A program made the position numbers and the translations under genes. From assembly GCF_964213995.1 (NCBI RefSeq), contig NC_135808.1:99510001-99574000 (forward strand): a DNA stretch of 64,000 nt, given 5' to 3'. This DNA is from Mustelus asterias. Lineage: Eukaryota. The notes beneath the pieces were generated by a model, which ran no database searches, was not told the DNA's origin, and saw nothing but the letters and a program-made list of their open reading frames with translations. Positions 25,201-35,300 of the stretch are shown here, one piece after another. The stretch's first letter is position 1. The number at the start of each line of letters is the position of its first letter.

Positions 25201-27235
25201 CTGTGAAGCAGCAGCACTCAAGCAGTCATACCACACAGCACACACAATATATCTCCTAGCAACACTGATTTGTACAGACATCACAGAATCCCGACAGTGC
25301 AGGAGGAGGCCATTCAGCCCATCGAGCCTGCATCGACTCTGGCTGATATATTGACAGAGTATCTTACCTTGGCCCTCTCCCTGTCCTAGTCCCATAAAGA
25401 GTTTTAACAACACCAGGTTAATCTCCAACAGGTTCATTTGGTAGCAAATACCATTAGCTTTCGGAGCGCTGCTCCTTCGTCAGATGGAGTGGAAATCTGC
25501 TCTCAAACAGGGCACAGAGACACAAAATCAAGTTACAGAATACTGATTAGAATGCAAATCTCTACAGCCAACCAGGTCTTAAAGATACAGACAATGTGAG
25601 TGGAGGGAGCATTAAGCACAGGTTAAAGAGATGTGTATTGTCTCCAGACAGGACAGCCAGCAAGTCCAGGAGGCAAGCTGTGGGGGTTACTGATAGTGTG
25701 ACATAAACCCAACATCCCGGTTTAGGCCGTCCTCATGTGTGCGGAACTTGGCCATCAGGTTCTGCTCAGCGACTCCGTGCTGTCGTGACCGCTCGAAAAT
25801 CACCAGGCAAAACTATTCTCTTCCTGTGGGAGAGCACTTCAGCGGTCACGGGCATTCAGCCTCTGATCCTCGGGTAAGCGTTCTCCAAGGCGGCCTTCAT
25901 GACACACGACAGCACAGAGTCGCTGAGCAGAAAATGATAGCCAAGTTCCGCACACATGAGGATGGTCTAAACTGGGATGTTGGGTTTATGTCAGTAACCC
26001 CCACAGCTTGCCTCCTGGACTTGCAGAATCTCACTGGCTGTCCTATCTGGAGACAATACACATCTCTTTAGCCTGTGTTTAATGCTCCCTCCACTCACAT
26101 TGTCTGTATCTTTAAGACCTGGTTGGCTGTAGAGATTTGCATTCTAATCAGTATTCTGTAACTTGATTTTGTGTCTCTGTGCCCTGTTTGAGAGCAGATT
26201 TCCACTCCATCTGATGAAGGAGCAGCGCTCCGAAAGCTAATGGTATTTGCTACCAAATAAACCTGTTGGACTTTAACCTGGTGTTGTTAAAACTCTTACT
26301 GTGTTTACCCCAGTCCAACGCTGGCATCTCCACATCTAGTCCTATAACACAGTAAGAAGTCTCACTGTGTTTACCCCAGTCCAACGCTGGCATCTCCACA
26401 TCTAGTCCCATAACACAGTAAGAAGTCTCACAACACCAGGTTAAAGTCCAACAGGTTTATTTGGTAGGAAAATCCATTTTGCTACCAAATAAACCTGCTG
26501 GACTTTAACCTGGTGTTGTGAGACTTCTTACTATGTTTACCCCAGTCCAACGCCGGCATCTCCACATCTAGTCCCATAACCCCACACATTTACCATGAAT
26601 AACTCAGATAACCTAACGTTGGGACACTAAGGGGACAACATATCAATGCCACTCCACCTACCCTGCACATCTTTGGACAGTGGGAGGAAACTGGAGCACC
26701 GGGAGGAAACCCACGCAGACACGAGAAACCCACACACACACGAGAAGAAGTCACCTGGGTCCCTGGCGCCGTGAGTCAGCAGTGCTAACATGTCACCCAC
26801 TTCATTCCTTTTTAAAATACCAGGAAGGTGCAAGCATACCAAAAGAACTCAAAACACACTCTACAATCAATGATGTGGAGATGCCAACGTTGGGGTGGGC
26901 ACAGTTAGAAGTCTCACACTTTAACCTGGCGTTGTGAGACTTCTAACTAAAATCAATGGTGTGTGTGTGTGCAATTATATAACTTGCCTGGGTGAGGGAT
27001 TCGTGTCATACAATCTGTAACTGCGTGAATTTGATGAACAAACTGCAGCAAAGCCAGTAACAAGAGTGAAACTCATTCCACCACACACTGTCCCCCTCCT
27101 GGTCTCTAACCAGACCGACCTCTGAGAAATAAATCCCGAGTTGTTTAGCATCTCCCAGCCCAATGGGCTCACCTGTTTAGCTGTCGCTGCGCCCTGGCCT
27201 TTGCTCGGCGGCTTCTTTTTCCTCGCAGCGAACAT
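4124..27235 (-). CDS. CC2D1B: Coiled-coil and C2 domain-containing protein 1B (Lgd/Freud-2), 5' part; gene continues left of the window
   Basis: Ten phase-consistent GT-AG exons: 27173-27235, 20899-21037, 18411-18511, 16680-16799, 15467-15604, 14303-14648, 13831-13955, 11619-11694, 9444-9548, 4124-4254. The translation has [42 protein letters not shown] and DM14 repeats. Position next to ORC1 favours 1B over 1A. Confidence 0.92.
4451..5283 (-). mobile_element. CR1 LINE 3' fragment, related to 1232-3213
   Basis: [35 protein letters not shown]; CR1 tail at 4451. Confidence 0.92.
5285..5725 (-). mobile_element. CR1 3' UTR module, near-identical inverted copy of about 2783-3213
   Basis: Direct sequence match; (gttcttt)n tail. 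Confidence 0.88.
5910..8036 (+). mobile_element. 5'-truncated young CR1 LINE with an uninterrupted 668-aa ORF2 part (RT)
   Basis: ORF 5942-7948 with [27 protein letters not shown]; tail gttctatgttctat. Confidence 0.95.
8811..9114 (-). mobile_element. HE1-like V-SINE, tail type B
   Basis: tRNA-like A/B boxes, V domain, tail ..gcctacttgtgactaataaataa. Confidence 0.85.
9444..9548 (-). CDS. CC2D1B: CC2D1B coding exon 9 (linker; donor uncertain)
   Basis: Phase 1/1 exon [20 protein letters not shown]; fits between exons 8 and 10; alternative in-frame donor at 9429. Confidence 0.7.
10796..11113 (+). mobile_element. HE1-like V-SINE, CR1-type tail (A)
   Basis: ggttcaattcc B box, gggtttcctccgggtgctccgg core, ttctatga tail. 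Confidence 0.88.
11619..11694 (-). CDS. CC2D1B: CC2D1B coding exon 8
   Basis: [25 protein letters not shown]; acceptor cttcag, donor gtggga. Confidence 0.9.
12380..12590. mobile_element. Old Penelope-derived fold-back element with a degenerate hammerhead core
   Basis: Imperfect inverted arms; minus strand CTGATGA..GAAACGT at 12471-12505. Confidence 0.5.
12862..13240 (-). mobile_element. CR1 3' end fragment
   Basis: aaagaacaaaga tail and similarity to 4451-4800. Confidence 0.75.
13831..13955 (-). CDS. CC2D1B: CC2D1B coding exon 7 (DM14 repeat 2)
   Basis: [33 protein letters not shown]; canonical splice sites. Confidence 0.92.
14303..14648 (-). CDS. CC2D1B: CC2D1B coding exon 6
   Basis: [28 protein letters not shown] followed by a low-complexity linker; donor gtattg. 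Confidence 0.88.
14818..14957. mobile_element. Short MITE-like element
   Basis: Ends gggctggattctcc / gggaatttcagtcc are imperfect inverted repeats; similar to 52338-52453. Confidence 0.45.
15467..15604 (-). CDS. CC2D1B: CC2D1B coding exon 5 (DM14 repeat 1)
   Basis: [36 protein letters not shown]; donor gtatgt. Confidence 0.92.
15995..16560 (-). mobile_element. Degenerate CR1 3' fragment
   Basis: Similar to 53490-54095 and 59630-59985. Confidence 0.7.
16680..16799 (-). CDS. CC2D1B: CC2D1B coding exon 4
   Basis: [17 protein letters not shown]; aag acceptor, gtaaac donor, 120 nt. Confidence 0.85.
17994..18332 (-). mobile_element. HE1-like V-SINE (tail A)
   Basis: Conserved V-SINE core and tcataga tail. 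Confidence 0.82.
18411..18511 (-). CDS. CC2D1B: CC2D1B coding exon 3
   Basis: [33 protein letters not shown]; canonical splice sites, phase 1 to 0. Confidence 0.92.
19060..19338 (-). mobile_element. HE1-like V-SINE (tail B)
   Basis: Intact A/B boxes; (aacttt)n tail. Confidence 0.88.
20899..21037 (-). CDS. CC2D1B: CC2D1B coding exon 2
   Basis: [37 protein letters not shown]; acceptor ctgcag, donor gtcagt. Confidence 0.9.
21893..23262 (-). mobile_element. Rex1/Babar-like LINE 3' fragment, interrupted by a SINE
   Basis: [20 protein letters not shown]; C-terminal [18 protein letters not shown]; tail gtgacaataaatcaaatcaaat. Confidence 0.8.
22372..22683 (+). mobile_element. HE1-like V-SINE nested in the Rex1 fragment
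   Basis: V-SINE core; LINE sequence resumes on both sides. Confidence 0.82.
24194..24254. repeat. 17-bp tandem repeat, about 3.6 copies
   Basis: Unit agctgtgcttcacatcc. Confidence 0.9.
24338..24690 (+). mobile_element. HE1-like V-SINE, full length (tail A)
   Basis: TAGCACAGTGG A box, GGTTCGATTCC B box, (ttctatga)n tail. Confidence 0.92.
24925..25216 (-). mobile_element. HE1-like V-SINE (tail A)
   Basis: Inverted relative to the copy at 24338. Confidence 0.85.
25451..25487 (-). ncRNA. Minimal hammerhead ribozyme motif, inverted copy
   Basis: CCAT-CTGACGA-AGGAGCAGCGCTCC-GAAAGCTA-ATGG. Confidence 0.7.
26207..26243 (+). ncRNA. Minimal type I hammerhead ribozyme motif (Penelope-type)
   Basis: CCAT-CTGATGA-A-GGAGC(AGC)GCTCC-GAA-AGCT-A-ATGG: stem I CCAT/ATGG, stem II GGAGC/GCTCC, palindromic helix III AGCT. 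Confidence 0.7.
27173..27235 (-). CDS. CC2D1B: CC2D1B coding exon 1
   Basis: GCACCATG Kozak context; [21 protein letters not shown]; donor CAG|GTGAGC. Confidence 0.9.
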
Positions 27236-27379
27236 GGTGCACCCAACAGGCGCTAAGTTTGACTCTTCGCCCCCAGGCCCCAGAAACTTAATAAACGGAC
27301 ACGGGACGGTCGGTTTTTTTTTTAAACTTCTCCCCACAGCTGACGGTTGTTACCAGGAAGCAGTTTAGGCTGACTGACT

Positions 27380-27640
27380 GGAGGACCTGTTTCTTCAGCG
27401 GAAGGAATAACAAACAGCCCCCGCCTTCTGCCGACACTCAGCCCATCTCCCTGCCTCCAGCTGCTGCTTCTGCGCAAACTCAGTACACACCCCCGCTGCT
27501 CCTTTCCGGTCCGCTTCACCACTCACCCCCAGGTTGTCAGAATTCTCTGGAAAGTTTAGCTTTCCAGCAAACAGAAAAGCAAACTTTTTTTTTAAAAAAA
27601 CGCTTTTGCCCCCTCCGCGCGTCGTATATATAACCTGGGG
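27380..27640 (-). promoter_or_regulatory. Probable CC2D1B promoter / 5' UTR region
   Basis: Local CpG enrichment upstream of the ATG; ETS-like ttccgg; candidate donor GTGAGT at 27521-27526. Confidence 0.45.
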
Positions 27641-27642
27641 AG

Positions 27643-28290
27643 GTGGTGGCACAGTGGTGTTGTCACTAGATCAGTAATCTAGAGACCCAGGGCAAGATTT
27701 CATAGAATCCTACAGTGCAGATGGAGGCCATTCAGCCCCCATCGAGTGTGCACCCACCACAATCTCACATAGGCCCAACCCCCCCATGCATTTACCCTAG
27801 CTAGTCCCCCTGGCACTAAGGGGCAATTTAGCATGGCCAATCGCTCTAACCCACACATCTTTGGAGTGTGAGGGGAAATCCACGCAGACACAGGGAGAAT
27901 GTGCAAACGCCACACAGACAGTGACCCAAGCCGGGAATCGAACCCAGGTCCCTGGCGCTGAGAAGGCAGCAGTGCTAACAACTGTGCCGCCATGCCGCCC
28001 GCTATTTGGGATCACAGTTTGAATCCCACCATGGCAGATGGTGAAATTTGAATTCAAAATCGGGAATTAAAAGTCTACTGATGACCATGAAACCATTGTC
28101 GACTGTCATAAAACCCCATCTGGTTCCCTAATGTTATTTAGGGAAGGAAATCCGCAGTCCTTACCTGGTCTGGCCTACATGTGACTCCAGAGCCACTGCA
28201 ATGTGTGACTCTCAAATGCTCTGGAATGGAGGAACAATAAATGCTGACCCAAACAGCGATGCCTCCCATCCCGTGAATTAATACAAAAAA
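27643..28290 (+). mobile_element. Second tRNA-SINE family (L2-like tail) interrupted by an HE1 SINE at 27699-27998
   Basis: Homologous to 44312-44655 and 49568-49890; tail resembles the end of the LINE at 42405. Confidence 0.7.
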
Positions 28291-28309
28291 GTTATATTTC
28301 GATGTATCA

Positions 28310-28680
28310 AAGCACTTTCACAACCAATTAATTACTTCTGATGGCCACAATTTACTTGTAAACATGTGCCGCAGCCAATGTGTATTCACTAATGCTCCCG
28401 CAGCAGCAAGAGAGAAATAAATAAATCTTTTAAGGAAAAGCTAGGCAAGTAAGTATATGAGGGATAAGGAAATAGATTTAGATGGGAGGAAGCTTCCGTG
28501 AATTATAAACACTGATATGGACTGTTTTGCCGAACGGTCTGTTTTTATGGGGTGTATCCTATGCACATATGTTTCAGTGCTGAATAGTGCCATGAGATAT
28601 TTTCCATCCACTCAAGAAGGTATACAGGCCTCGGTTTAACATTCCATTTGAAAGTTAACACTGCTATGTCGCCCTGCTAT
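28310..28680 (-). mobile_element. Ancient Deu-domain SINE (SacSINE1/AmnSINE1-like)
   Basis: tagtgccatgagatattttccatccac..ggcctcggtttaacattccatttgaaag resembles the Deu-domain consensus as I recall it. Confidence 0.55.
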
Positions 28681-28988
28681 AGAATTAGAGCATCACCGTT
28701 GCTATTTATTCTATGCCTCTCTTTGCAAACCAAAGAATCTTGTCTGATTTTCTTTGCCTTCAGTTCTTATGAAGGGTCATCCCGACTTGAAACATTGGCT
28801 CTATTCTCTCTCCACAGATGATGTCAGACCCCGAGTTTCTCCAGCATTTTCTGTTTTTGTGTCAAAGAATCGTATGCGTTTTTAACCACCTTATCAACTT
28901 GCCCTGCCACCTTTAAGGATTTCTGCATATGGACATCAAGGTTCCTCTGCTCATTTACACTTTTCAAATTGCACCATTTACAGCTCAA

Positions 28989-29290
28989 ATAGAATCATAG
29001 AATCCCTACATTTGGCCCATCGAGCCTGCACCGACCACAATCGCACCCAGGCCCTATCCCCATAACCCCACTTATTTACCCTGCTAGTCCCCCTGATACT
29101 AAGGATCAATTTAGCATGGCCAATCAACCTAACCTGCACATCTTTGGACTGTGGGAGGAAACCAGAGCACCCGGCGGAAACGCATGCAGACACAGGGAGA
29201 ATGTGCAAATTCCACGTAAATAGTGACCCAAGATGGAACTAAACCTGGGTCTCTGGCACTGTGAAGCAGCAGTGCTAACCATTTGCCACC
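28989..29290 (-). mobile_element. HE1-like V-SINE (tail A)
   Basis: V-SINE core. Confidence 0.85.
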
Positions 29291-30712
29291 AACATAGTGT
29301 AGTTATATCGAGAGCCATAGGTCTATTCTAGACATTTTCTCCTAGGATGTTTCCATTTAAAACCTGGGACCCACCTCTCTGGATAAACAAGCCAATCAGA
29401 TATAACATTAAATACTTGATTAGTCCAGTCTTCATGTTGATCATGTTAAATTTATGCAAGTAATTTGGATCAACATTCAGAAGTCGAGTTACCAAAAATG
29501 CTATGTACATACAACTGGCACATGCATACATGGATTTTCACAGTAATTTCATTGTAGTGTTAATGTAAGATGACTTTTGACATTAGTAAATTAACTTAAA
29601 CTTAGAACAAATTAAATTGGGCCCAAGGTTCCCAAAGCTATCCACCACTAGACTTTTTCTTATCTCATGTCTGGACTTGTTAAAGTGATAGATTGAATAA
29701 TTAGAGCAGTGATTCAATTATTATTATACCATATAATTACAAGGCCAACCAGATTAACCTTGCTTTCTTTTTATCTAGCAATTCCCATGCAAGATCAGGA
29801 AAATCGCCATGTATAAGTTTAAAGGGGAGCAGATATCTGTACATAAGTTGTGTTGGACAGTACTGGAACTCAACTCACTTGTTAGCATTGTCCTGCCTGT
29901 TCAATGTTGCTGGTGTTCTATTTCCCATTTGTCTGTATTTTGCCACTGCATGGTCAAGTCAAATTTTCTACTGATTAGGATATTGTGTTGGCCAAGGAAG
30001 TGGATTAAAAGCATGTTAATTTGTTAACTGTAATATAGAGGAGTGTTTTGTACATAGATGATCTTGTTTCAATAGATACAACTGATGAACAGTACCTACA
30101 CTTGGGTGAAAATTGAGATGGGATAAAATGGTACTTTATTATCCTAGCTTTCAATTTCACACGTGTTGCATTTCAACTATGCATTTGATTAAACCTCACT
30201 GTTTCCCAACCAGAAGGTACTTGGGCTTAGGAATCATAGAAACTCAATAGCACAGAAAAAGGCCACTAGATCTGTTGTGCCTGTGCTGGCTCTTTGAAAG
30301 AGCAATAGAGCTAAAACCTTTCTGGTCTCTATGGCTTAGTTTACACTTTGCAGCATATTTATCATCTAAGCACTCAGCCAAACCCATTTTTTAATAATAT
30401 TTTCCACAATTTTAAATTGTTTTATGTTGTGAATAATTTTCAACTTAATGCAAACGAGTGCAATAGTGAGAAACAAAGCTCATGCTGCAGGTGACTGTGT
30501 ACAGATTGCATCAAACATCAGAACAATTATCCATATTCTAGGGCACAAAGTACTCACTGCAATTAAATTATGTAAAATAATATTTGAAAGATGCAACATG
30601 ACTGTGAGATAGTCCGAAGATTCACCTCATTGGGGTCTTCTGAACTCAATTCCTAGTCAGCCTCAAGGTAAACAAAAACATCTTGGAGCTTGAAACCTCC
30701 ACAAAAAAAGTC

Positions 30713-31426
30713 TTAAACAGATATAGTGGATTTCACTTTAGACGAAAGAGCCTGTTTTAATTGTCTTCCAAGGTCTTGCATATTTGGCCATTTGGACCTG
30801 GCTAAAAGCAGACCCCTTGTCCCCATCATTGCTTCCGATCACTTTACTGGCCTCATGGCAGACTGGGTGGAAGGCAGCACGAACCTCAATTTCCTCTGGC
30901 AGAAATTGATCCAAAAAGCAGTCTTTCCCCCACTCCCCAACCCATTGCCTTCATTGATTTCCACTAGTTTTTTCTGCGTATGTGGTAAATCAGCCTAGTT
31001 TCCTATCAGCACAAATGGAAGTCTAGCTTTGGGATTGATCTTCCTGATTCTGCTGAAGGAATGAATGGAGCCTTCAGGTCCTTAAGTGAAAAGATGAAAA
31101 CAAAACCATCTGCCCAGTGAATTGAGCAGGTTATATCTGGACTGCAAGAATCATCACCATTTGCCTGATTAGCATAGGGACTGTCTTGCACTCAATGAAT
31201 TTGATCACCACTGTTACTAATCTGTCTCAAGTATAGAGCTCTTGTGTTTAGTTCATAATCTCCAATGAATCATTTTGTAAGAAACTGTACTATCTAAGCA
31301 GTCTTTCCAACCCTCCTTGCTCCCAGCACTATGATCTTCACATTTCTGTTATGCAGTTACCTCTGGTAAGAGAAGCAGTAGGAATTTACTCGAATTGTTT
31401 GACATGGTGTTCTGGAGGAGACGCAT
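30713..31426 (-). pseudogene. Intronless RASL11-family (RASL11A-like) small GTPase pseudogene
   Basis: Hand translation: MRLLQNTMSNNSSKFLLLLLPE / [59 protein letters not shown] / IRKINPKARLPFVLIGN*ADL / ISARGN / EVRAAFHPVCHEASK / LARSKWPNMQDLGRQLKQALSSKVKSTISV*. At least 4 stops and at least 4 frameshifts. Confidence 0.88.
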
Positions 31427-32000
31427 TTAGAAAACAGCACATTCAGACAAGTGAAACAAACAAATGGCAAAACAGAAACTTTTATGAACTGTCCTGAACT
31501 CTCCACCCCCCAATCCTGCCTTACACCTAGTGTAGTTTTGATCCCCTTCTGATTGTATGTGGACTCAATTGTTGCTGCTTATCCCAAGGAGCTCTGCGCT
31601 ATCGCCAAAGTGGTCCAGTACTTAAGTTCAATCAAGCTTTCCCTCCTGTTTCACTAAACAGGTAAAATTAAATAACTGTATTTTAACGTCATATCAGCGT
31701 AGTTGAAAGAAAGTTTGCATTTAATTCTTCAATCTTGGTATAACCAAGGGGAAAAGAAGAGGCCACATGGAGTGTTTCAGAAGAAGGAAGATCAAATCAC
31801 CCCAATCAGGTTTCTTGCAGCAGACAGCAGTTCACTCAGGGATGGGTTAAGTGCCTGCTTAGTTAAGGAGCAACATGTAATATGGGGAATCTTTATAAAA
31901 TACATGGAATGAAGAAAATGTAGTATACAGACAAAAATGCAATTGTAGAACTCATGCTCCATTCAAGATGTCAAACTATGTAATGCCGATTTAAGAATTC

Positions 32001-32006
32001 TTTATT
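32001..32006 (-). terminator. Candidate ORC1 polyadenylation signal AATAAA
   Basis: tttatt on the plus strand, about 150 nt past the ORC1 stop. Confidence 0.55.
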
Positions 32007-32155
32007 ATACAAAGTACTTAAAATAACCTTGTCCCAAGAAGATTTTGTAGAAAATGTAAAATTGTTAAAACATTAACATTGCATAAGAATTAAAGGACTA
32101 AAACAGCAACATACACTTCTGTACATTACATATTGCATTACAAATATCTAACCGA

Positions 32156-32347
32156 TCACTCTTTTAAGGCATACATGACATCATCTTGGCTAACATTCAG
32201 TCTTACACGCATGTGCAGATCATTTTTACTGGATTCAACAAGTAGTAGACGACAAGCCCCAAGTCTTGCACAAACTAACATAGTCTGGGACATCGTTGGA
32301 GGCTGAAGATCTTCTATTCTGCATAGTCCCATATGCTGGTGATAGAT
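32156..32347 (-). CDS. ORC1: ORC1 last coding exon
   Basis: [27 protein letters not shown] then TGA. Confidence 0.95.
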   Translation of the reverse strand: MYHQHMGLCRIEDLQPPTMSQTMLVCARLGACRLLLVESSKNDLHMRVRLNVSQDDVMYALKE

Positions 32348-35300
32348 CTGCAAAAGTGGCATAGGTAGAATAATAATTTGGAATCCAAAACTTTAAACAA
32401 AAGTGCGCGTTAAAATGCTGCTATATGAAAAACAATATACCAATTTGAGATTTTGCAATGTAGCACATTTTGGTGGGAAACATAATTATGAGGTTTGAAT
32501 GAAGAATTATACACACATTAAAATGTTTGACTGCAGACATGCTTTCTATTTTTGATTTTATACAGAACATGGGAAGCAGTTTGTTACTTTTTGCTTGCAT
32601 CTTATAGCATAAAACATATTGTTTTGGCATTCCCACCTGTGTGGCATTTGTTGACAGTCATTGGTCATATTTTCCCTTGCCACCAATTTCTTCCTAAAGT
32701 CACAAGAAGGGCCAGCAAACTTCCCTGTACTAATTAAAGCAAAAAACTGCAGATACTGGAAATCTAAATTAACATAAATTGCTGGATAAACTCAACAGGT
32801 CTGGCAGCATCTGTAGAAAGAGAAACAGGGTTAACATTTCAAGTTCATATGACTTGTTCACAAATGCTGCCATGCCTGTTGACTTTATTCAGCATTTTCT
32901 GATTTTATCCCTGTATAAATTACCAGATTATATTTCAATGGAACATTTTCACCCATTCTGTTTACAGAATTGTTAAACAAATGCTTAAAATAACATTCTG
33001 CACTAAAATTAAGAACAATTCCAAAAAAAGTAATTTAAAGTATTTTGTTCCAATATTAATGTTGTACAGGATGATTACAACATCTCATTATATTTCCTAC
33101 AATGTCACTTTTGTGTGTGTGCATTCCATATTACACACACTGGACAAACAGATGAAATGTCATCGCTGCAAGGTTGGGAACTAATTTGTTATTATTGGTA
33201 AATTATACACACCATATATTCTGTTGTTCACTCAATTGTGTTAATAAAAAAGCTTTCCAGTTTAAAAAAAGACAAATGTCTTCTCATGATAGTTATTGAT
33301 TAAAGTGGTCTACAAATACAATGCCTGTTAATAGGTTTCTGTACATGGGCGTAAAGATGTGCTGGATAAGTACTGGGGACCATTTTACAGAAAGTGCTAG
33401 TATCTACCTGCTGAAACGTTGCTTCTTCTAGACCAAGTCTTTGGAATTCAGCAAGCACTGCTCTCATAAAAATCTGTTCCTGAGCAGATGCATTCCTGTG
33501 GCACAGACAGAAGAACAATATTTAGTAACAGAAATTGCAATCTCATTCTCCTGATTTAAAATATTCACATGAGAACAGATTGTTATTTGGATAAGAATGT
33601 CAAAGAGCAAGTCATAGAATATGGATAGCAAGTCACAGAATTTAGGAACATATAAGCGGTTATTGGATAGACACATGGAGCACACCAGGATGATAGGGAG
33701 TGGGATAGCTTGATCTTGGTTTCAGATAAAGCTCGGCACAACATTGTGGGCCGAAGGGCCTGTTCTGTGCTGTACTGTTCTATGTTCTAATATTGCTCTG
33801 CCAAGTTGGAGCAGGTGGGGGAGATCAGAAAATTATATTATAGGTGCACAAATACAGAACCAATATACAAATCTATTCTGCTCAATTCTGTAAACTAGCT
33901 CACCTGCTTCCGCTTAAGATCAAGGGCAGCCACTCGCATCTCACTTCTGCAACACAGTTCTTATCCCCATGTTTAGACCGAGGCTATATATCAGCTCAAG
34001 GGAACAGTAAGGGTGCATGAGGAGACATGAGACTATGCCCGAGTGAGAGATAGAGTGTGAAGTTGGGAATTTGGTGTACAGGGCGAAAGAGGTGCTCCAT
34101 CATATACCAACTCCTGGAGACTGATGAAAAGGGCTGAGATTTTCTTTCCTGGTCTCTAAGCTAGGGAAATGTAAGGTTCTATGATTTTAGAAAAATATAA
34201 AAATGTATAAGTTTTACATAATCCTTAAGTATCTAAATTAGAGGAACAAGAGGAACTAATCACTAAGTCTACTTTACTTTCTAGTCTTCAAATATAGTAA
34301 ATAGTCAAAAAGATAGCTTAAGGTATGGCAGGGCAGTTTAGCTGCATGGAATGTCTATCTGTGGCATGTGGGGAGTCGTGAACACTTCACGTAGCTTAAA
34401 CAAGCACATGTGCAGGTGTCATCACCAGCTGCAGAAATGTGAGCTTGAGGAGTGGCTGGAGTCACTGTGGTGCAACCGCAATGCTGAGGAATATGTGGGT
34501 AGCATCTTTAAGGAAGTGGTCACACCACAGGTTAGGAGCCTGTAGGCAGAGAGGGAATGAGAGACCACCAGAAAGTGAGTGACCACTAGGCAGATAGTGC
34601 AGTGGCCCTCCGAGTTTATCTCACTCACGAACTGGATTTTCATTTTGGAGGCCAGCAAGACCAATGGTTCCTCAGGGAAGCACAGTAAGTGTCAAGTTCG
34701 GGGCCCCAAGGGTGGCTCAGCTACAGAGATGGGAAGTAAGAGTGAAAGAGGAATAGTGGTCGGGGACCCAATAGTTAGGGGAACAGATAGGCCTTTCTGC
34801 AGCTATAGACATGACTCCAGGATGGTATGCTGTTTCCCTGTGCCAGGATATCATAAAGCACTTGCAGGACCTTCTTTGTGGGCGGGGTGAAACAGTCAGA
34901 GACTGTGGTTCACATTAGTACAAATGACAGAGAGATGAGGTCCCAAGACAGACAAGCAGGACCTCAGGAGGTAGTAACCTCTGGATTAACATCAGTGCCA
35001 CAAGCTGGTGTGCAGAGAAACCAGAGCTGATGTATTCGTGGCTGGAGAGATGATATAGGAGGGAGACATTCAAATTCATGGGGCATTGGGGCCTTTCCTG
35101 GGGGAGATGGGCCCTGTACAAGCCGGGTATTTTGCACCCTCGATGGGGCTGGGATCCTTGCCATGAGATTTTCCAGTGTTGTTGAGGAGGGTTTAAACTA
35201 AACTGGTTTGGCAGGGGGTGGGGTCCAAAGGGTAGACTCAAAATCAGAAATGGTAATGGAAGACAGAAAATCCATACGCAAGACTGGAAGACAGAGGAAA

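Larger units (their letters stand above)
25397..26579. mobile_element. Penelope-like retroelement remnant (GIY-YIG C-terminus plus inverted pseudo-LTRs) inserted in a SINE
   Basis: Peptide [32 protein letters not shown]; inverted arms 25397-25787 and 25905-26297; hammerhead motifs; host SINE split into about 25280-25397 and 26568-26790. Confidence 0.8.
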
